From IMG/VR virus record IMGVR_UViG_3300022602_000040: a stretch of 60,723 nt of DNA; one strand, given 5' to 3'. The stretch is from an uncultured virus (IMG/VR IMGVR_UViG_3300022602_000040). Taxonomy: Duplodnaviria > Heunggongvirae > Uroviricota > Caudoviricetes. The notes beneath the pieces were generated by a model. It was not told the origin of the DNA and searched no databases. It saw nothing but the letters and a program-made list of their open reading frames with translations. The translations under genes were made by a program, and so were the position numbers. This document shows positions 42,345-52,120 of the stretch, piece by piece (the first letter of the stretch is position 1; every line of letters starts with the position of its first letter).

Positions 42345-43198
42345 TATCTACCCATTACAAGAGCTAGTTGATTCTCTACTTCAGCAGCGTGCTGGTTATC
42401 GATCAACTGAATGTTCTTTTTCATTTGGTTTTGTTCATGCTCATAGTCGTAAGCTGTTACAGCAGTCCAATAGCTAGCTTCGAGGTCAGTGATTAGTTGC
42501 TGCAGCAATTGGAATGTGCTAACTGTTGCTGTTGCACCAGAGTCAGCGCCTGTGATAATAGCTCCAACAGGAATGCTGTTAGTTATATGCTGACACGTCA
42601 ATGCAGCAGTATCCACATATGTAATTGTTGCACTACCACTGATAATACCATTGGTGATATAATTAATTCGCTCGCCTACAGTAAATGTTCCGGTAATGTT
42701 TGAAATGCCAAGAGAGATTACCTTATTGGTATTTCTTATCATGTCCTTTTGCTTACGAACGTAATAGCCAACCTGGCCATACTCATTTAGCTGAGGGTCG
42801 TAATACTTCTTTAGTGGTCCTGGCAATGCACTATACTGGGCCAATGTAAGAGTTGTTTCATCGCCCACCCAGTTATTTGCATAGTGGTGAACGATAGTCA
42901 TCGCACGAGAAGTCGATTGATATTTAGCTGCCATGTAGCTATTGAAGTTGTCGTCAGAAAGACCTAGATCGTAGTATGGGTCTGTGATCTCGTTAGAGAA
43001 CCATACGAGCCAAGCGTAAGAAGGATCGTCGTAATAGCGATATGCAAGGATATCTGGTCTATCGTCGTCTCGCATCGTGTATGGGTAATACACAGCCTTC
43101 TGCAGCTTTGTGCTGTCAGTCAGTCTTGCTTTTGCCATAAGGTTAACAGCAATAGAACCATTATATGATACAAGAGGAAGGTGGCTAAAGTATGCCAT
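42344..43198 (-). CDS. gp53: Baseplate wedge subunit gp53
   Basis: YFSHLP.VSY, DRPDILAYRYYDD...WLV...N.I.DP, YDYEHEQN..K.NI.LI. Confidence 0.9.
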   Translation of the reverse strand: MAYFSHLPLVSYNGSIAVNLMAKARLTDSTKLQKAVYYPYTMRDDDRPDILAYRYYDDPSYAWLVWFSNEITDPYYDLGLSDDNFNSYMAAKYQSTSRAMTIVHHYANNWVGDETTLTLAQYSALPGPLKKYYDPQLNEYGQVGYYVRKQKDMIRNTNKVISLGISNITGTFTVGERINYITNGIISGSATITYVDTAALTCQHITNSIPVGAIITGADSGATATVSTFQLLQQLITDLEASYWTAVTAYDYEHEQNQMKKNIQLIDNQHAAEVENQLALVMGR

Positions 43199-44145
43199 TA
43201 CTGTTGCGCTCCGTTCGTCGTATTAACTTGAAGAGTTGAAGTAGCAAGTCCCACTACGTTACCAACAATAGCTGCAATACCTTCATTAGGATTCGTACCG
43301 CCCCAGTCTTGAGATGTCATATATTCTAGTTCGTGTAATGCCAACTGAACTTCAATAACAGCTGGTCTATTCTTTCCTTCGGTAAACGCTGGTGTACTGC
43401 CAGGGGAGTAATTGACATCACATGCTGTTACGGCGCAGCGTTTAATGCGAATAATACTTTCACTGGACCATCCGTGTTCGCTATCTATCGATGTCCCGTT
43501 ACTATCCCAAGGGTAGAAGTTAATCTGACACATATTAGGGTATTGCAATAAAGAGGCAGCTCCAGACAATTTAAGAGAAGGCAGCATGCGCTGTTTGATC
43601 TGAGTAATCATGTTGTATATGTTATCAGACTCGTTTTGATCTTTGGGATAAAAAATCCATCGAAATCTGAATTCGCGTAACTGTGGACCCTGAAACACAA
43701 GAGCAGGATTAGGGTTAGGAGCAATACCAGCGGAAGCTTCAATAGCGTTTTGAATACTATCTGGATCGAGAGTGCTTTGAATAGAACCCTTGATAGAATT
43801 AATTAGTCCAGCAAATGCACCTGTTTTATCTGCGGCTGCCCCAATAGCATCCACAGCACCACCAGCCATACCGTTTAAAGCAGTACCGAGCCCACCATAT
43901 ACCGCACTAGCAGCAGCACCCTCCACAGATCCGTTAAACACATCGCCGACGACCTTTAAGTCTTTAGATGACCACGACGCACCAGTGTTATCCATCATTG
44001 TTTGGGGTAACGGAAGACTCAGCACCAAGTTTGTTGTGAATGTTGTATTACCAACTGGTTTAGGACGGTTGTATTGGGCAAAACTTAATTTGCAATAGTA
44101 TTTTGGTGTAGCGTCTGCGGTACTGTATGTAATTGTAGCGGCCAT
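43198..44145 (-). CDS. gp48: Baseplate tail-tube cap gp48
   Basis: LPLP, NPN..LVFQGP.LREFRF...FYPK...ES, VNYSP, L.LHELE. Confidence 0.85.
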   Translation of the reverse strand: MAATITYSTADATPKYYCKLSFAQYNRPKPVGNTTFTTNLVLSLPLPQTMMDNTGASWSSKDLKVVGDVFNGSVEGAAASAVYGGLGTALNGMAGGAVDAIGAAADKTGAFAGLINSIKGSIQSTLDPDSIQNAIEASAGIAPNPNPALVFQGPQLREFRFRWIFYPKDQNESDNIYNMITQIKQRMLPSLKLSGAASLLQYPNMCQINFYPWDSNGTSIDSEHGWSSESIIRIKRCAVTACDVNYSPGSTPAFTEGKNRPAVIEVQLALHELEYMTSQDWGGTNPNEGIAAIVGNVVGLATSTLQVNTTNGAQQ

Positions 44146-44154
44146 GTTTAATCC

Positions 44155-44547
44155 TTACAACACCGAAATAACTGTAACGCGATTCTTTTGAACCGCCTGG
44201 TCGACTTTAATATTTGGGTTAGACGATGTGAAGTATGTCTTTGTGCCAGCGCCATTGATTCTCATCGAAGAGATGTCTGCGGCAGATGCTTTACCAGGAG
44301 CAAGACCTGTTGCAGCATAGAAGTCGGGAGATCCTGAAGTAACCACGCCGTCGATCATTGCAGCGGTCTGTAGACCAACACTACCAACAGAAGCACCACC
44401 AGCAGTCAATACCTGAGCTGTTGCCTGTGCAATCGACACAGCGCCAGAAGGTAATCCTCCCACGGTCGACGACGTCACTTGATTGACCAGCTTGTACAAC
44501 GGTGGTACGTTGGAGTTATTGACATAGGTGTTAGCATTAAATGCCAT
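44155..44547 (-). CDS. Hypothetical protein
   Basis: 130-aa ORF, first gene downstream of the late promoter at 44582-44589. Confidence 0.7.
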   Translation of the reverse strand: MAFNANTYVNNSNVPPLYKLVNQVTSSTVGGLPSGAVSIAQATAQVLTAGGASVGSVGLQTAAMIDGVVTSGSPDFYAATGLAPGKASAADISSMRINGAGTKTYFTSSNPNIKVDQAVQKNRVTVISVL

Positions 44548-44572
44548 TTATTTCCCGCCCTTATTTTTCTTT

Positions 44573-44589
44573 GCTAAATACTATTTATA
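44573..44589. promoter_or_regulatory. Divergent pair of late promoters (+ GCTAAATA 44573-44580; - TATAAATA 44582-44589)
   Basis: Both motifs lie at the strand switch between the baseplate operon and gp4. Confidence 0.7.
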
Positions 44590-45038
44590 TGGCATATAAA
44601 GGAACTTTTCAACCTCGCAACCCTAATAAGTACAGAGGCGATCCGACCAACATTATTTATCGTAGTCGGTGGGAGCTTGTACTTATGGGTAAACTGGATC
44701 AACACCCTGACGTCCTACAGTGGTCGTCAGAAGAAATCATTATACCATACCGGTCTCCGATCGACAATAGAATCCACAGATATTTTGTTGACTTTTATGT
44801 CAAGAAGCGTAACGCATCAGATGGTAGAGTTGTCGAGTGTCTGATTGAAGTCAAGCCGAAAGCTCAGACAAAGCCACCAGTAGTAATGCAAACGGGTAAG
44901 CCAACGAAACGCTACATTACAGAAGTTCATACATGGGGTGTCAATAGTGCAAAGTGGGCTGCTGCTAGAGCGTATTGTGCTGATCGTGGATGGGAATTCA
45001 TGATATTCACCGAGCATGAGCTAGGCATTACATTCTAG
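44589..45038 (+). CDS. gp4: Head completion nuclease gp4 (TnsA-like)
   Basis: MAYKGTFQPRNPNKYRGDPTNIIYRSRWE...WSSEE...HRYFVDF...IEVKP; start reassigned to ATG 44589. Confidence 0.93.
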   Translation: MAYKGTFQPRNPNKYRGDPTNIIYRSRWELVLMGKLDQHPDVLQWSSEEIIIPYRSPIDNRIHRYFVDFYVKKRNASDGRVVECLIEVKPKAQTKPPVVMQTGKPTKRYITEVHTWGVNSAKWAAARAYCADRGWEFMIFTEHELGITF

Positions 45039-45068
45039 CATAAATATATGTTTGCAACAGGGAAATAA

Positions 45069-45755
45069 ATGGCACAGCAACCTAGAGGATTTGAAGGGAA
45101 GACACCTGCGTTTTTTAACAACGCAGTGAAGCCTGTCGATCCTGTTACAGGGTTCAAAGGTAATGCGCCTGCGTTCTTTACCAAAACTGTTCCGATATCA
45201 AGTCTCAACGTATTCGACAATCTCCTTCGTCAAGGTTCGGCTGCAGGTCTACTGCCTGCTCGCACACAAGAGGCTCGCGACTGGTATCGTGCAGTGGCTA
45301 GCGAAACCACGGTCAAGGGAGCTGTGTTGACTCCTGGTCAAAAGAACAGATGGACAAACAGTGTGACTGTTGGGTCAATGTACATGTTCAACTACGATGC
45401 TAAGCACAAGGACACATTGCCTTATTGGGACGCAAGACCGTTGATCTTTCCGTTCCGTCTTGTTCCTGGTGGCTTCTATGGTATCAATGTTCACTATCTA
45501 CCACTACCACTAAGAGCAGCGTTGATGGATGAGCTTTACAAGACAGCCAACAATAAGCGTTATGATGAGTCAACTGTGCTAGCTGTAAACTATCAACTAC
45601 TTATGTCATCAGCAAAGACAAATATGATTAAGCCGTGTGTGAAGCACTATCTTACACCTCATGTAAAGAGTAGCTTCATGTATATACACCCAGAGGAATG
45701 GGATATTGCATTGTTCTTGCCTGTTGCTAGCTGGCAAAAAGGGACACCGTATTAA
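45069..45755 (+). CDS. gp2: DNA end protector gp2
   Basis: GSMYMFNYDAKHKDTLPYWDARPL, GINVHYLP, CVKHYL motifs; CATAAATA at 45039-45046. Confidence 0.92.
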   Translation: MAQQPRGFEGKTPAFFNNAVKPVDPVTGFKGNAPAFFTKTVPISSLNVFDNLLRQGSAAGLLPARTQEARDWYRAVASETTVKGAVLTPGQKNRWTNSVTVGSMYMFNYDAKHKDTLPYWDARPLIFPFRLVPGGFYGINVHYLPLPLRAALMDELYKTANNKRYDESTVLAVNYQLLMSSAKTNMIKPCVKHYLTPHVKSSFMYIHPEEWDIALFLPVASWQKGTPY

Positions 45756-46405
45756 TGGCCGATCTTACTACCTCAAAATTCAACATCAATTCTTTTAAAA
45801 CAGAAATCAATCGCACTGGGGCGATGCGTACGACGTATTTCCATGTGGCGATCAATCCTCCTGCATATCTCAAAAGTAAATACTCGAATGTCGATCGAGT
45901 GAATCTACGCTGCGAGGCCACAATGCTTCCGGGCATGTCCCTAGCCGATGGTTACAACGGACCACGTTACGGCTATGGCCCAAAAGAATTCATTCCTTAC
46001 AATGTAGACTATAACGTAATCAACTTTACGTTCTTACTTGATAACGGTCCATACCTGCACACGTTTTTCATGGATTGGATGAGTTGCATAGTTAATTATA
46101 GAAACCCAGGTAAGGGTGGTTCTCCTCTGTCTGGGTCGATTGTAGGTGGTGTGAACAATTTTAACGCATACGAAGTAGGTTACAAAGCAAACTATTCAAC
46201 GACTATTAGCGTATACGTATATAATGAGAAGGGCAATCAGATCAACCAAGTTGACCTTTACCAAGCGTTCCCTATCTCTGTTGAATCTATTCCTCTAGCA
46301 TGGGCTGATAACGACCAAGTAGCAAGACTAGTTGTCCCAATGACATTTAAAGAATTTCTATACCAGGGCGCGTCATCTACTGGGAAACAAGACATCAGCT
46401 CTTAA
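45755..46405 (+). CDS. gp54: Baseplate tail-tube initiator gp54 (gp19-like fold)
   Basis: LRCEATMLPG, FMDWM, AFPISV..I.LAW, L.V.MTF motifs; gene position. Confidence 0.7.
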   Translation: MADLTTSKFNINSFKTEINRTGAMRTTYFHVAINPPAYLKSKYSNVDRVNLRCEATMLPGMSLADGYNGPRYGYGPKEFIPYNVDYNVINFTFLLDNGPYLHTFFMDWMSCIVNYRNPGKGGSPLSGSIVGGVNNFNAYEVGYKANYSTTISVYVYNEKGNQINQVDLYQAFPISVESIPLAWADNDQVARLVVPMTFKEFLYQGASSTGKQDISS

Positions 46406-46430
46406 CAATTAACAACATAATGGAGTTATT

Positions 46431-47141
46431 ATGGCACTACCTACAATTTCTAGACCTCTGTTCACTATGACGATCCCTTCCTCAGGGAAGACAGTCCAGT
46501 TCAGACCATTCCTCGTTCGTGAAGAAAAAATTCTTCTTATCGCTCAGCAGTCTCAATCGGATCGTGATATTACATCGGCCATCAAGCAAGTGTTGACAAA
46601 TTGCATTGTCACTAACGACTTTGATCCTGAAGCCCTAACGACATTCGACCTTGAATACATGTTTCTCAACCTACGTTCCAAGTCGGTTAACAACATCATC
46701 GAAGTATCGTATACCGATCTCGAAGACAACCAGCTGTACCGATTCACGATTGACCTCGACACCATTGAAGTGATTATGCCAGAAGGCGTATCAAACAAGA
46801 TTAAGGTGACAGACGAAGTCGGTATCATTATGAAGTATCCGTCGGTCAACCTTGTGCAAAGCGTGCCTGAAGGTGTGACTGCTACCGAGGTTCTCGACTA
46901 CTTGATTCGTGGTTGTATCGATCAGGTATACGATGCCGACACAATATACAAGATCTCTGAAGAGCCAGTAAGTGAAGTCGAAGAGTTTATTGATAGTCTT
47001 GACGTCGCTACGTTCGACAAGATCCGTGAGTTCTTTGAAAATATTCCGAAGATGTATCACAAGATCGAATACAAGAACAAGCTAGGACATGACCGCGTAA
47101 TCGAATTGACGAGCCTTCGTGATTTTTTTACCTGGGGCTAA
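46431..47141 (+). CDS. gp26: Baseplate hub assembly protein gp26
   Basis: MALP...IPSSG..V.FRPFLVREEKILL, FDLEYMFL.LRSKSV, FFENIPK, L.DFF. Confidence 0.92.
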   Translation: MALPTISRPLFTMTIPSSGKTVQFRPFLVREEKILLIAQQSQSDRDITSAIKQVLTNCIVTNDFDPEALTTFDLEYMFLNLRSKSVNNIIEVSYTDLEDNQLYRFTIDLDTIEVIMPEGVSNKIKVTDEVGIIMKYPSVNLVQSVPEGVTATEVLDYLIRGCIDQVYDADTIYKISEEPVSEVEEFIDSLDVATFDKIREFFENIPKMYHKIEYKNKLGHDRVIELTSLRDFFTWG

Positions 47142-47311
47142 GTCATAACAGCTTAGCCAACTACTACTCAACAATCTTTGCTTTAGCCCAACACCATAAA
47201 TACTCTATTACGGAGATAGAGGATCTAATTCCGTTCGAACGCGACATTTATGTTGACCTTTTGATGGCGTTCTTGGAACAACAGCGCAAAGAATTAGAAG
47301 CGAGACAGTAG
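47123..47311 (+). CDS. gp51: Baseplate hub assembly catalyst gp51 (no own start codon; probably reached by -1 frameshift)
   Basis: Not in the ORF track. The -1 frame reads FFYLGLSHNSLANYYSTIFALAQHHKYSITEIEDLIPFERDIYVDLLMAFLEQQRKELEARQ*, the gp51 signature of T4-like phages. Confidence 0.88.
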   Translation, partial: FFYLGLSHNSLANYYSTIFALAQHHKYSITEIEDLIPFERDIYVDLLMAFLEQQRKELEARQ

Positions 47312-47314
47312 TAA

Positions 47315-49090
47315 ATGTCAGGACTTGGGACGGTATTCAAAGGTGTTGGTAGCGCATTAAAAACTACTGCCAAGGTTGGTGGTAAAGCTGCCAAGTATGC
47401 CGGCCGCGCTGTTAGCTCTGCCGTCAAAGGTTTTCTCAGCAACATTAATTTTGCCAATGCGCCCAAGGATCACGCTGAAGCTGAAAAGGCTGCTGGCGGA
47501 CCAGGCCTTGCTAGTCAGTCGGGTGGTGGTATAAGTGGTGTTACAGCTCACCTAGGATCTCCTAAGAAAGCTCAGACCACCGTTGGTCCTTCCCTTTCCA
47601 ACATATCCAAGCAACTCGATGAATTGGTCCGTGTTGCTCAAGGAATCAGTGCAACTGTAGGAGCTCAGCAGAAAGCTGTTGCTGCACGTGTTGATCTTGA
47701 GAATCAGACTGCTGAAGGCCTAAAGCCAAATAAAGAAGAACCCAATGCGAACATGGTCGCGAGTCCAGATGCCAATGGCTCTGCTGACCTCATGCCTATG
47801 CAAGATACGTTGGATAAGTTCTCTGAAGCTATCACTAAGCTGACTGAACAGATATCCACGAGCAACGTCAGTCAAAACGGTACCAGTTGGTTTCAAACTA
47901 TCCGCAACGTATTCGGCGTTACAGACGTTATCAAAGATGTCAAGGGTGGTGTAGAGGCAGCAGGCAAAAGCAAGTTAATTGCGGGGGCTGGTTCTAAGCT
48001 CAGTAAGCTATTGAAACTGGATAAGGCTATTGGATATGCCAAGTCTACGAAGATTGGCGGTTCGTTAGAATCCAAGATCGTTTCACTGATGGGTGAGAAT
48101 ACAGGCAAGATTCTCGGTAAGTCGGTTGCTGGTGTGGGATTGTTGTTCGGTGCTGTTGATGCTTTCAACCATGCCGTAAAGGGAGATTGGGTAGGTCTGG
48201 GACTTGACACAGTAGCTCTTGGCGGATCGACTGCCGAGCTTACTGGCGTCGGTGCTGCAGTGGGTGGTCCTGCTGCAATTGCGGCATCGGTTGCCTCTGT
48301 TCTAAGAGATGGCTACGAAGGTATCTTCGGCGTTCCCCCTGATAAGGATCCAAACTTTAAACAGAACTTCAACATGGCTACTACGGTGGCTATGAATTAC
48401 ATTGAACAAAAGCTGGGAATGGATGCGAAGGCTGACAAGGATAAGGACAAGCAGAAGCAATCTGCTCTTGTTCTGCCACCACCCCCACCTCCTGCTCAGC
48501 AACACAGCTCTTCGGCATTACCGCCCCCACCGCCGCAGGCAAGCCCACCGCCACCTCCTCCCCCACCTGCCCCAGTCCCTCAGAATGCTCAGCGTTCTGG
48601 TGGATCATCTGCTAGTGGTACAGGAGGTAAGTCGAAGCACTCGGCAATGCAAACACCTAAGCCAATTAAAGACATGGCTGGAGGTAAAACGGATGCCGGT
48701 ACTCAACCAGCCGCTTCGCTCGTTGGTTCAGGCACAGGATCAGATGCAGTTGCTCAGCTAACAGGAGCTTCGTCACTTGTTGGATCGACAACAGGATCGA
48801 CTACAGATGCCAATGCAATGGGCACGGTTGCCCAGCCAGCCGCTGCTTTAGCTCCAGCTAATCCTACTACTGGATTGGATATCAATAAGTCTTCGACACA
48901 AGTTGAGACGATGGCAAGAGCTCCTGAAATGCCAAGTCTGATTGGTTTGCTGGAAGGTAAGAAGCCATACACACCACCTAGACAAGGGCGTTCGCGTAGA
49001 TCGGTAGATGTTACCCATTATCCATTCTATGCAATTGATCCAACAATTTCTAGCCAATTGTATTTCTTTACTACTGCGTTAGGAAAGTAA
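47315..49090 (+). CDS. Tape-measure/baseplate hub-like protein with polyproline tract
   Basis: Ala/Gly-rich helical protein with hydrophobic GVGLLFGAVDA...GDWVG segment; follows gp26/gp51. Confidence 0.6.
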   Translation: MSGLGTVFKGVGSALKTTAKVGGKAAKYAGRAVSSAVKGFLSNINFANAPKDHAEAEKAAGGPGLASQSGGGISGVTAHLGSPKKAQTTVGPSLSNISKQLDELVRVAQGISATVGAQQKAVAARVDLENQTAEGLKPNKEEPNANMVASPDANGSADLMPMQDTLDKFSEAITKLTEQISTSNVSQNGTSWFQTIRNVFGVTDVIKDVKGGVEAAGKSKLIAGAGSKLSKLLKLDKAIGYAKSTKIGGSLESKIVSLMGENTGKILGKSVAGVGLLFGAVDAFNHAVKGDWVGLGLDTVALGGSTAELTGVGAAVGGPAAIAASVASVLRDGYEGIFGVPPDKDPNFKQNFNMATTVAMNYIEQKLGMDAKADKDKDKQKQSALVLPPPPPPAQQHSSSALPPPPPQASPPPPPPPPAPVPQNAQRSGGSSASGTGGKSKHSAMQTPKPIKDMAGGKTDAGTQPAASLVGSGTGSDAVAQLTGASSLVGSTTGSTTDANAMGTVAQPAAALAPANPTTGLDINKSSTQVETMARAPEMPSLIGLLEGKKPYTPPRQGRSRRSVDVTHYPFYAIDPTISSQLYFFTTALGK

Positions 49091-52069
49091 ATGCTGAATA
49101 TCACCAACATTCAGATCCTCACAGCAAAGCTAAGCAAGTATGTAAGGGACGACCACTCAGAGGCAAAAGAAGACCTCAGAGTGCAGTTGTTTGATGCTAT
49201 CAGAGAAGTCATTCGCGTCAACAATATGACGTATGCCAAGGCAATGACCGATCCAGCGTACAAGCCAATCGTCGACGCTATGGATGTGTTGATGGGGTCT
49301 GGTTATGAGAAAGAAGAATATGACATCTGGCTCAAGGGCGAACATTATTATCGTCACAAAGGCGATAAAAAGTCAACAGATACCGACGAGAAAAAGCAGA
49401 CTGATGGATTGGCTGCTTTGCAGAAAAAGCTTCCTAAAGGTCAACGTCGTGTAGATACAACAGCAAAAAATAGAGTATATGGCTCGCTGTTGATCTCAAT
49501 TGGATTCGACATCGAGCGTTACGCTGAATATAATCCCGAGTCAAGAATAGGTGAGCTTTATAAAGAGCTAACTAAGACAGCTCCTATCGAAGGTAAAGCA
49601 GAGCCTGCCGTCAAAGAAGACTTTGTTGATCTGCCTATTGATACCGACAAGGAAGAACTACGTAAGGGGTTCTCGATTGTTGCTGATAAGAACGGCAAGT
49701 ATAACTTTCATGGACCAGACGGTAGGTATACGTCTAAGGCCAAGGCTGTTAAAAAGAAAAGAGTTTCGAAGAAGAAACAACTAGCCGACAAGAATAAGGT
49801 TGAGCTAAAGACAAGACGTGTAGCTACAACTGCTAAGGATCGCATCAGTGGATCACTGTTAAGTTCAGTAGGTTTCGATCTCGAACGCTATGCCGAGTAT
49901 AATCCAGACTCTTATTTCGGTAAGATGTATGACAGATTAAACAAGACAGAGAAGTATAACCCTGAGACCGGTGAAGTTGTTCCATCTGATGATCAAACCC
50001 CTGACAAAAAGGTTGTGGAAACCAAAGAGCAGGCGAAGAAAACAAAGACTACCAACGTTGCGTTTGATTCCAATCAAAAGAAGCCAGCACCGAAGAAGCG
50101 TAGATACCAAACAACAGCTAAAGAGCGAGTGTACGGATCGTTGCTGAAAAGCATCGGTTTTGACATGGAGCGATATGCCGAGTTTAATCCTGAATCGGAC
50201 ATTGCTAAGCTACACGAAAAGCTAACAGGTTTTGAAGATGGCAAAGCTACTGGCAAGATTCTTGAAGAGATTAACAAGCCAGAACTAATAGCTATATCGA
50301 AGAGCATTGATAAAGCTATCGAAGCTTTCAATCAAATCGGTAACTTCAACAAGTCGATAGCCGATGTTGAAAAGCAGACTGCTATCATCCGTGAACGCAA
50401 GCAAGGTCAGGCAGAACTTCTTGGTACAGGGTTTGAAGGTAATACACCTGACTTCTTTAATGTAAGTGCAAAGAGTCAACCAACTGAAGAAGCTCCATCA
50501 GGTCCTAGTCCTACAGATGTTCTAATGCAGGTTCTTCCTGGAATCACAAAGCAGATTCTTGAACTAACGGATGCATTGAAGAAGCAAAGTGGTGTTCTTA
50601 GCGCAGCCGATCAGAAAGCTCAGCAAACTCATCACGAAGAAGAGACAAAGCCATCTAAACCAAGTATCGTCGCTATGGTTGCCCCAAAGGCAAAGACTGC
50701 TGCAAAGGTTGCGGCTGTTGCAGGTGCTGCAACTGTCGGTGCGATGGCGTTGAAAGCAACAGCACCCACCGAAGCTCAGACTTCGAGCTATTGGGATAAT
50801 GTATCTTCGTGGTTTAGCAACGCTGCTGGTACAGTAGGTAATGCTTTATCGAACATATCGGATAGTTTGTTCGGATTGAAGCCAGCCGGTAATAGTGCTC
50901 ATGCAGGACAGGCGATGGCCTACTTCATGAGCCAAGGTTGGACCAAACAACAAGCTGCAGCAATCGTTGGTACAATGCAACAGGAGTCGGGTGGTGGTCT
51001 CGATCCAAATGCTTTCAACGGTGGCGGGGGTGGACACGGTGCTGTCGGTATTGCTCAGTGGCGTGGACCAAGACAGAATGGTAACTTCCCTAAGCAAGCG
51101 CTTGGTGTTGATACCTTGCGCGGCACTTCGTTTGAACAACAGTTGCAATATGTACAGTGGGAACTGACTCACAACTACAAACATGTAGCGGATAGACTAA
51201 GACAAGCTCAGTCGACAGAAGACGCTGTAGCAGCGTTTGTAGCGGGGTATGAAGGTGTTGCTGGTGACCACCTAGCTCAACGCACAGTTAACGCAAAGGC
51301 TCTTGCTGGTGAACCTATTCAGGACAATTCGGTAGTTGGTCATGTTGAGTCAGCGTTTAGCAGTGCGTATGGCGGTGTAATGAGTTTGTTCAAACCAGAT
51401 CTAGTTACAATCAGAACAAGATCTGGTAAGACTGCAGAAGTAGCTAAAGAGTTTGCTCCCAACTTTCAGGGATTTGTCAACGATCTCGAAAGTATCGGTT
51501 ATAAAATTACTAGCATCGGTGGCTATGCAGACCGAGCTAACGTCAACAATCCAAGTGTTAAGAGTTATCACGCTCTTGGTGCATCGATCGACATTAACCC
51601 TGCAAGCAATCCAAACAATTCGAATCGGACCGACCTACCACAGCAGACATCTGCTCTAGCTCGCAAGTGGGGTCTAGGATGGGGTATGGAGTGGCGTACT
51701 GTCAAAGACCCTATGCACTTCTCGATTGCAAGATCGGAGGGTGGGTCTGTCGATATCACCAGAAGCGGTTACATGGCTGGTGAGGGACAGGGTATTCCAT
51801 CCGATAGCGGAAGACCTAAGCCTGCTCCTAAACCAGTGGATGCTAGCATGAACTGGACACCAGGCAATGGTAGTTTGTTGCTTACAGCTAATGCAAGAGC
51901 AGCTATGATGAAAGCTCAGACCGGTAAGCCAAAGGTTATTGTAGTACCAACACCTTCACCAGCTCAAGCTGCTTTGTATCGTACTGGATCAAACAATGGT
52001 ACAAAAGCTCCGCCATCAGGCCTACAAATGAGTCCTGGTGATAGAATTAGAGCTCATTACGGTATGTAA
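49091..52069 (+). CDS. Tape-measure/hub-like protein with phage-tail-lysozyme and M15-type peptidase domains
   Basis: QAAAIVG.MQQES...GIAQW.G.R...QLQYV.WEL (tail lysozyme-like); SYHALGASIDIN...DPMHFS (M15 Zn peptidase-like). Confidence 0.78.
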   Translation: MLNITNIQILTAKLSKYVRDDHSEAKEDLRVQLFDAIREVIRVNNMTYAKAMTDPAYKPIVDAMDVLMGSGYEKEEYDIWLKGEHYYRHKGDKKSTDTDEKKQTDGLAALQKKLPKGQRRVDTTAKNRVYGSLLISIGFDIERYAEYNPESRIGELYKELTKTAPIEGKAEPAVKEDFVDLPIDTDKEELRKGFSIVADKNGKYNFHGPDGRYTSKAKAVKKKRVSKKKQLADKNKVELKTRRVATTAKDRISGSLLSSVGFDLERYAEYNPDSYFGKMYDRLNKTEKYNPETGEVVPSDDQTPDKKVVETKEQAKKTKTTNVAFDSNQKKPAPKKRRYQTTAKERVYGSLLKSIGFDMERYAEFNPESDIAKLHEKLTGFEDGKATGKILEEINKPELIAISKSIDKAIEAFNQIGNFNKSIADVEKQTAIIRERKQGQAELLGTGFEGNTPDFFNVSAKSQPTEEAPSGPSPTDVLMQVLPGITKQILELTDALKKQSGVLSAADQKAQQTHHEEETKPSKPSIVAMVAPKAKTAAKVAAVAGAATVGAMALKATAPTEAQTSSYWDNVSSWFSNAAGTVGNALSNISDSLFGLKPAGNSAHAGQAMAYFMSQGWTKQQAAAIVGTMQQESGGGLDPNAFNGGGGGHGAVGIAQWRGPRQNGNFPKQALGVDTLRGTSFEQQLQYVQWELTHNYKHVADRLRQAQSTEDAVAAFVAGYEGVAGDHLAQRTVNAKALAGEPIQDNSVVGHVESAFSSAYGGVMSLFKPDLVTIRTRSGKTAEVAKEFAPNFQGFVNDLESIGYKITSIGGYADRANVNNPSVKSYHALGASIDINPASNPNNSNRTDLPQQTSALARKWGLGWGMEWRTVKDPMHFSIARSEGGSVDITRSGYMAGEGQGIPSDSGRPKPAPKPVDASMNWTPGNGSLLLTANARAAMMKAQTGKPKVIVVPTPSPAQAALYRTGSNNGTKAPPSGLQMSPGDRIRAHYGM

Positions 52070-52095
52070 AAAAAGAAGGGGCCGAAGCCCCTTCT
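52068..52095 (-). terminator. Rho-independent terminator after gp32
   Basis: Minus strand AGAAGGGGC-TTCG-GCCCCTTCT followed by a T run, at the convergence of two operons. Confidence 0.9.
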
Positions 52096-52120
52096 AGTTG
52101 ACTCACTGGCGGGTGAGGGA

